A stretch of 14,615 bases of DNA. It comes from Candidatus Cryosericum sp. (GTDB lineage Bacteria > Caldisericota > Caldisericia > Cryosericales > Cryosericaceae). The first letter of the stretch is position 1; the number at the start of each line of letters is the position of its first letter. The translations under genes and the position numbers were made by a program. The stretch covers positions 1 to 14,615 of the forward strand of contig JBNAWM010000007.1 in assembly GCA_049699855.1 (NCBI GenBank). The letters run 5' to 3'. Positions 8,566 through 13,555 of this stretch are shown here, piece by piece. The notes beneath the pieces are model-generated. The model made no database searches, was not told the DNA's origin, and was given only the letters and a program-made list of their open reading frames with translations.

Positions 8566-9453
8566 CTACTCAAACAGCGCTGTGCTGGCGTAGCGGTCGC
8601 CACGGTCGGGGAAGATGACCACGATCACGCCACGTGCCAGTGTGCCAGCAAGCTCCATGGCTCCCCACAGGGCCGCACCGCAGGAGATGCCTGCATTGAT
8701 GCCTTCCTTGCGGTAGAGCTCACGTGCAAGGTCAAAGGCGGGGGCGTCTTCCGTCATCCGCAGCGTCACATCCAGGCTAGCGAAGCTAAAGATACCGGGG
8801 GTGTAGGCCGCCATGTTGCGCAGTCCCTGGATCTTGCTGCCAGCGATCGGTTCGACCCCGACCACCTTCACGTGTGGCGCCTGCCGGTGCATGAAGGCGG
8901 ACAGTCCGGCCAACGTGCCGCCCGTCCCCATGCCGGCCACCACGTGCGTCAGCTCCGGAACGTCCCGCAGGATCTCGGGGCCGGTCGTCTCTTCGTGCGA
9001 ACGAGGGTTGGCGCTGTTCTCGAACTGGTTGAGGTTGACCCATGACGGGTCCTCCGCCAGCATCTGCTGTACCGTTTTGATGGCCAGGTTCGTGCCGCCG
9101 GCAGCATCGGTGAGGACGATATCCGTGCCGAACATCTTCATGACCTTCCGGCGCTCGATGCTCGCGCTCTCGGCCATCACGGCTCGAAACCTATAGCCAC
9201 GCAGAGTTGCGATCATGGCCATGGCGATCCCGGTGTTCCCGCTGGTGGCTTCCAGCAGCTGGGAGCCAGGCTTCAGCACACCTCTTTCCTCGGCGTCCCT
9301 GAACATGCTGAGGACTGGGCGGTCTTTGATTGATCCCCCTGGGTTGCTGCCCTCCAGCTTCGCCAGGATCCGAACCCTGGAATTTGTGCTGAAGTGTTGA
9401 AGCTCGACGATTGGTGTGTTGCCAATCAAATCAAGGATGGAATTCGTTCTCAT
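8566..9453 (-). CDS. cysM: PLP-dependent cysteine synthase, CysM type; probable O-phosphoserine sulfhydrylase (295 aa)
   Basis: PLP-lysine motif AKLEGSNPGGSIKDR, EATSGNTG, NQFEN, GMGTGGT, GISCGA and C-terminal PDRGDRYAST. The loop reads KIQGLRNM (Arg-containing, CysM-like) rather than CysK's KIQGIGAG. SD AAGGAG; overlaps the upstream gene by 23 nt. Confidence 0.88.
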   Translation of the reverse strand: MRTNSILDLIGNTPIVELQHFSTNSRVRILAKLEGSNPGGSIKDRPVLSMFRDAEERGVLKPGSQLLEATSGNTGIAMAMIATLRGYRFRAVMAESASIERRKVMKMFGTDIVLTDAAGGTNLAIKTVQQMLAEDPSWVNLNQFENSANPRSHEETTGPEILRDVPELTHVVAGMGTGGTLAGLSAFMHRQAPHVKVVGVEPIAGSKIQGLRNMAAYTPGIFSFASLDVTLRMTEDAPAFDLARELYRKEGINAGISCGAALWGAMELAGTLARGVIVVIFPDRGDRYASTALFE

Positions 9454-9847
9454 GTGATTTCTCCTTTAGGAGCGCCAGGGGTACGTTGACACCATGGGGC
9501 ATATCCGGCATGGTGTGGCGCGAGGTCTTGGCAGGCATGAGGTCCCCGGTAAGGCCCGCTCGCATGACCTCCGCCTTCGTGACATGTTCTCCGGCTCTCC
9601 AGGCAGCGACCGCAATGTGGTCACTGCTGTAGTCGACGAAATAGACAGGCACATATTTGTATCCCATACGCTTGAGAGCATTGTAGCGGTGATGGCCGTC
9701 TAGAATCACCATGGTCCGCTGATCCACGATGATGGGGTCCTTGATCATGCCGTCCCGCACCAGATCGTGCTGGATTCTCGTCAGGTTCTCGTTCAGAATC
9801 TGCTCGTGTTGCCGCAGGGCACTCACCGGCATCAGTGTTATCGTCAT
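9431..9847 (-). CDS. ParB/Srx-fold protein, putative free L-serine kinase (compact SerK/SbnI-like), 138 aa
   Basis: Motifs LRQHEQ, PIIVD, ILDGHHR, a Trp (AAW) and VTKAEV...G.LMPAKTSRH resemble SerK/SbnI-type serine kinases. No HTH or dimerisation domain of a partition ParB. Start at ATG 9847 behind SD AAGGAG (9853-9858). Confidence 0.72.
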   Translation of the reverse strand: MTITLMPVSALRQHEQILNENLTRIQHDLVRDGMIKDPIIVDQRTMVILDGHHRYNALKRMGYKYVPVYFVDYSSDHIAVAAWRAGEHVTKAEVMRAGLTGDLMPAKTSRHTMPDMPHGVNVPLALLKEKSHENEFHP

Positions 9848-9875
9848 CTGTTCTCCTTCTCTGCACGTTTGCAAC

Positions 9876-9907
9876 AAACAAAAAAGCCTCCCATCTCCGG
9901 GAGGCTT
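9876..9907 (-). terminator. Intrinsic terminator (attenuator) in the 5' leader of the serK-like/cysM unit
   Basis: Minus strand AAGCCTCCC-GGAGAT-GGGAGGCTT followed by TTTTGTTT, ending about 30 nt before the downstream start codon on the same strand. Confidence 0.85.
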
Positions 9908-9950
9908 CGCATGTTCGGTGTGTGGATATGCGACTAGCGATGCCCCTCGG
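9897..9950 (-). promoter_or_regulatory. Predicted antiterminator helix, mutually exclusive with the 9876-9907 terminator
   Basis: Minus-strand CCGAGGGGCATCGC (9950-9937) pairs with GCGAAGCCTCCCGG (9910-9897) at 12 of 14 positions (one G-U, two mismatches). The second segment contains the whole 5' arm of the terminator. Confidence 0.7.
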
Positions 9951-9996
9951 TATGCTGCGTTTCACAGGTACAGGTATACATCGCCATATATGTCAT
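9934..9996 (-). CDS. Putative Cys/Met-containing attenuator leader peptide MTYMAMYTCTCETQHTEGHR (20 aa), apparently leaderless
   Basis: ATG ACA TAT ATG GCG ATG TAT ACC TGT ACC TGT GAA ACG CAG CAT ACC GAG GGG CAT CGC TAG. Two Cys codons (9972-9970, 9966-9964) and three Met codons. The 3' codons form the antiterminator arm. No convincing SD; the ATG is 6 nt after a putative -10. Confidence 0.65.
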   Translation of the reverse strand: MTYMAMYTCTCETQHTEGHR

Positions 9997-10002
9997 GGGT
10001 TC

Positions 10003-10030
10003 ATTGTGCCCCGATAGGCATACACATCAA
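10003..10030 (-). promoter_or_regulatory. Putative sigma70 promoter TTGATG-N16-CACAAT for the leader/serK-like/cysM transcript
   Basis: Minus strand -35 TTGATG (10030-10025), 16-nt spacer, -10 CACAAT (10008-10003), then 6 nt to the leader ATG, so the predicted +1 falls at or next to the A of the start codon. Confidence 0.5.
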
Positions 10031-10051
10031 CCTCTGTCATGACCATGCCGT

Positions 10052-10429
10052 TCACGATTTCCTGTTGTGATAGTCCTCAATCGCTAGGTGCAGCGCCTGA
10101 ATGGCATATCCGGCACAACGCCACTTGCTCTCGGGAAGACCTTCCAGCAATCCGGACAGATATGGCATGTCGATGGTCAGAGCTTCGTCGACCGTCTTGC
10201 CCATCAGCTCCCTGCTGAGAACGGAGAGCGTAGCAATGAGGGCTGTGCACCCGGCGATGCGGTATTTGGTCTCTGTGATATGCCCAGCCGCATCAACGTT
10301 GATATAGAAGGTCAGCTCCACAGCATCTGTGTTGTCTGCTACATGCCCCACCCCGGAGGGATCTTCAATGTGCCCTATGTTGCTGGGACTCATGAACTCT
10401 CGAATGGTGGCCCGACTGTACTTGTCCAT
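10052..10429 (-). CDS. NifU_N/IscU-like protein, atypical (first conserved Cys absent), 125 aa
   Basis: YS...F.SP.NIG.I, AGC..LIA..S, GKTVDEAL.I and GLPESKWRC...AIQAL..AI.DY align with the IscU/NifU_N pattern. Lies 6 nt downstream of the nifS stop. Confidence 0.85.
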   Translation of the reverse strand: MDKYSRATIREFMSPSNIGHIEDPSGVGHVADNTDAVELTFYINVDAAGHITETKYRIAGCTALIATLSVLSRELMGKTVDEALTIDMPYLSGLLEGLPESKWRCAGYAIQALHLAIEDYHNRKS

Positions 10430-10435
10430 TGTGCC

Positions 10436-11602
10436 TCAGGACATCGAACGCAGGAACTTGACAAGGTCAGGAATGACGTCTGCGGCATAGTCGATGTCCT
10501 TCTCTGTCGTGAAATACCCAAGCGACAGGCGTATCGACGACTTCGCTTCCTTCAGGTCACAGCCAATAGACGTCAGTACATGCGACGGCACTGTCTCCAG
10601 CGCGTTACACGCCGACCCGCCCGCTGCGATGATGCCAGCCTCGTTCATGGCGAGGAGCAGGGGCTCGTTGTCGATTCCATCGATGCGGATGTTCAGGTTC
10701 TGTGGCACCCGCTTCTTCATATCACCATTGACGGTCACCCCGTCGATACGCGTGTAAAGTCGTTCCAGCAGCATATCACGCAATCCCGTCAAACGCTTGA
10801 GCTCACCCGGCAGCCGTTCCCTTCCCAATTGCGCAGCCTTGCCAAGACCAACGATGCCCGGCACGTTGTGGGTAGAGCCACGCAACCCCCACTCCTGTCC
10901 ACCCCCGTCCATGAGTGGATACAGGGTGGCCGCATCCCGCACATACAAGATGCCCACACCTTTCGGCCCATTAAATTTGTGTGCCGAGATACTGAGAAAA
11001 TCGACGCCCAGGGTGTCCACGGCCACCGGAATGTGCGCTGTCGTCTGGACGGCATCCGTATGCATAAGGGCACCATGTTCGTGAGCGATCTGCGCAATCT
11101 CGGCAATCGGCTGGATGGTTCCAATTTCATTGTTTGCATGCATCACCGATACCAGCACTGTCGAAGGTTGCATAGCCCGCCGGACATCATCAGGATCTAC
11201 AATGCCATCCCTCCCGACCTTTACGAACGTCACATCGTACCCCTGACGCTGAAGAGTCAGGGCGCTGTGAAGGATCGCGTGATGTTCAAACTCGGTCGTC
11301 ACCAGGTGGCCACGCCCATGCAGCTTTTCGCGCGAAGCCCGCTCGACTGCTCCCTTCAGGGCCCAGTTGTCGGACTCAGTCCCGCCGCTCGTAAACACAA
11401 CCTGCTCGGGACGGCAGTCGATGAGGCCCGCGACGCGCTCCCGCGCATCCTCGACGGCTGTGTGAGCCATATCACCCATGGACGAATGCATGTACGTCAT
11501 GGGATTGGCAAACTGTTCCGTAAAAAACGGTTTCATTTCATCGTACACAAGCGGCTCGACCTGCGTTGTCGCCGCATTATCCAGGTAGACAACTCTGTCC
11601 AT
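10436..11602 (-). CDS. nifS: Group I cysteine desulfurase (NifS/IscS family)
   Basis: YLDNAATT, FTSGGTESDN, EHHAI, ANNEIGTIQP, HTDAVQ, PLP-Lys SAHKFNGPKGVG, GGGQE, catalytic-Cys loop GGSAC...PSHVL, SSIRLSLG. SD GGAGG (11609-11613) spacing favours the second ATG (11602) over 11605. Confidence 0.92.
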   Translation of the reverse strand: MDRVVYLDNAATTQVEPLVYDEMKPFFTEQFANPMTYMHSSMGDMAHTAVEDARERVAGLIDCRPEQVVFTSGGTESDNWALKGAVERASREKLHGRGHLVTTEFEHHAILHSALTLQRQGYDVTFVKVGRDGIVDPDDVRRAMQPSTVLVSVMHANNEIGTIQPIAEIAQIAHEHGALMHTDAVQTTAHIPVAVDTLGVDFLSISAHKFNGPKGVGILYVRDAATLYPLMDGGGQEWGLRGSTHNVPGIVGLGKAAQLGRERLPGELKRLTGLRDMLLERLYTRIDGVTVNGDMKKRVPQNLNIRIDGIDNEPLLLAMNEAGIIAAGGSACNALETVPSHVLTSIGCDLKEAKSSIRLSLGYFTTEKDIDYAADVIPDLVKFLRSMS

Positions 11603-11721
11603 CATTCGCCTCCAGATTTGCAGCGCTCAAGTTTTGCGTTAACAAGCGCCTGCACGGACTCAGGAGCTTTGGCCACTACAATTCCTCAAGCGGCAAGACA
11701 GAACTCTCCTGCGTTCATACC

Positions 11722-11731
11722 ATAGTATAGC
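11722..11731 (-). promoter_or_regulatory. Putative -10 element for nifS-nifU (GCTATACTAT)
   Basis: Minus-strand TATACT at 11729-11724, in the same TATACTAT context as the elements before cobO and hutU. Confidence 0.45.
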
Positions 11732-11822
11732 CAAACTCCCTCACTATGCAGATCAGCTTCCTCGCTTCGATCACCTGCACACGGCAGGAGCCGGCACAGC
11801 CCTCGCTCTTTGTAGCAGCTTT

Positions 11823-12521
11823 CTAGGAACGCCCGCCAAGCAACGCCTGTATGGTTTCCTCTGTCCTGGGGGCCTCGTGCACCGTGGCATCGGCCACCAC
11901 GTACAGCCGGTCGGGGAGCAGGCGGATAGTCTCCAGATTGTGCGTGGACAACACGACCGACTTCTGCCTTGCTGTCGCCCAGGAGACGAGGCCATGAAGT
12001 TCGCGAAGGCTTGGCAGGTCCAAGTGAAGCTCGGGCTCATCCATGAGGAGGATGTCTGTCCACTGTGCCACGAGGGCAAGCAGCATGACTTTGCGCTGCT
12101 GCCCCGAAGACATCTCATCCAGGAAGCGCTGGCCCAGTCCGCTGACCTCAGAGAACACAGCGGGGTGATCAGAGGCTTCGAATTGTTGCAGTGACCGCAG
12201 ACGTCCCATCGAGCTGAGTTCGATGACCTCATCGACGGTGATATGCGCCTGCGGCAGGGCGGGCGAGAGGAACCCGATGGTCGATGCCAGCCGCTGCTGA
12301 TTCATGGACCCCAGTGGATAGCCCTCTACCAGAACCTGCCCACCGAGAACAGGAAGGAATCCACGCATCGTGCGCAGAAGCGTTGATTTTCCCGTCCCAT
12401 TGCGTCCGACCAGTGCAACGACCTCGCCAGAAAGAACTGTCATCGTCACCCCGCTGAGAACGGGGTCGCCCCGAGCATAACCAACGGCCGCGTCCACGAG
12501 CTCAAGCCGAGAGGCGTTCAC
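11823..12521 (-). CDS. ABC transporter ATP-binding subunit (FecE/BtuD-like), 232 aa
   Basis: Walker A GRNGTGKST, signature variant MSSGQQRKV, Walker B LLMDEP, H-loop STHN. GTG start overlaps the permease stop (GTGA); SD GAGGAGG. Confidence 0.88.
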   Translation of the reverse strand: MNASRLELVDAAVGYARGDPVLSGVTMTVLSGEVVALVGRNGTGKSTLLRTMRGFLPVLGGQVLVEGYPLGSMNQQRLASTIGFLSPALPQAHITVDEVIELSSMGRLRSLQQFEASDHPAVFSEVSGLGQRFLDEMSSGQQRKVMLLALVAQWTDILLMDEPELHLDLPSLRELHGLVSWATARQKSVVLSTHNLETIRLLPDRLYVVADATVHEAPRTEETIQALLGGRS

Positions 12522-13555
12522 AGCACCCTCCTCGACTTGATCGCCAGCCAGATCAGGAATGGGGCTCCAAAGAGGGACAGGACGGTGTTCAGAGGAATCT
12601 CCGATGCACTCACCGAGCGCGCGATCACGTCACCCACGACCACGATGTTCGCCCCCATGAGCATGGTGAGGACCACAAATGTCCTGTCAGTGCGCCTCGT
12701 AAGCAGGCGGGCCATGTGGGGAGAGAACAGCCCAGCGAAGCCCACGACACCAGAGGCGGCGACATCAGTCGCAGCAAGGACAACGCTCATCAGCAGCATT
12801 GCAAAGCGGATGGCCTCCACGCGGACACCCAGGTTCTGGGCGAAGTCATCACCCACCAGATAGGAGCGCAGGGGGCGCATCAGGCTCATGACGGCCGGCA
12901 CGACCAGGATCAGCCCGATAGCCACCACCACGATGCCCGGCAGTGAGGCGCGATTGAGTCCCATCCAGGACCAGAAGATTGTGTTGGAAAGAATGTCAGG
13001 ACGCGTCGAGACCAGGACTGACTGCAGTGCGTTCAGCATATAGGAAAGAGCCAGTCCCGACAGAAGAAAGGCCAGGAGGTCATGGCCAATGCGCCGGCTG
13101 ATGATGAGCAACAGCGCCAGAACGGCAAGTGCGCCGGCTAGAGGGGCCAGGATCATGATCGGCACCGAGGCAACGGTCCCTGCAAGACCAAGCAGTGCCA
13201 CCATGGTCACCGCCAGTTGAGCTCCACCCGAGACGCCCAGCAGGTAGCTGTCCGCAAGGGGATTGCGAAAAGCAGTCTGCATCAGAAAGCCAGAGAGCCC
13301 AAGGGACCCCCCGACCAGAACACCCAGTCCAACGCGCAGCAGCCTAAGCTGGACAATCTGCGCTTCCGGCGTCTGCACGGAAGACCCACTCATCAGAAGG
13401 CTCATTCCGTGCACCACCTGCCTCGGCGTCAGCCCTGCACTGCCAAAGAAAACACTGGCAGAAGCAAGAAGAACCAGCAGTGCGGCTGTGCTTGTCAGCA
13501 CAGCCGCATTCTGTCGCCCAGTCTTCAGGTCAGGGCTGGGCAGCGCGCTGAACAT
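12518..13555 (-). CDS. ABC transporter permease, FecCD/BtuC family (cobalamin/iron-chelate), 345 aa
   Basis: LRLLRV...GGSLGLSGFLMQ..FRNPLADSYLLGVSGGA, GDDFAQNLGV, SGVVGFAGL..PH.AR, EIP......LFGAPFLIWL are FecCD/BtuC signatures. Confidence 0.92.
   Translation of the reverse strand: MFSALPSPDLKTGRQNAAVLTSTAALLVLLASASVFFGSAGLTPRQVVHGMSLLMSGSSVQTPEAQIVQLRLLRVGLGVLVGGSLGLSGFLMQTAFRNPLADSYLLGVSGGAQLAVTMVALLGLAGTVASVPIMILAPLAGALAVLALLLIISRRIGHDLLAFLLSGLALSYMLNALQSVLVSTRPDILSNTIFWSWMGLNRASLPGIVVVAIGLILVVPAVMSLMRPLRSYLVGDDFAQNLGVRVEAIRFAMLLMSVVLAATDVAASGVVGFAGLFSPHMARLLTRRTDRTFVVLTMLMGANIVVVGDVIARSVSASEIPLNTVLSLFGAPFLIWLAIKSRRVL

Noticed and set aside
8425..9045. 206-aa plus-strand ORF after hutU
   Set aside because: Runs through the bidirectional terminator and antisense into cysM; no recognisable domain.
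9431..9847. Chromosome/plasmid partition ParB
   Set aside because: No HTH or dimerisation domain, no adjacent parA, and it overlaps a cysteine synthase.
9876..10050. T-box or SAM riboswitch as explanation for the cysM leader
   Set aside because: No T-box TGGNACCGCG motif or long stem I, and no SAM-I ATC.AGA/GCAACC core; the sORF/antiterminator geometry explains the region better.
10052..10429. Selenocysteine replacing the missing NifU Cys
   Set aside because: The frame has no internal TGA at that position.
10088..11725. 545-aa plus-strand ORF
   Set aside because: Antisense shadow of nifS/nifU with no recognisable motifs; long antisense frames are common in GC-rich coding DNA.
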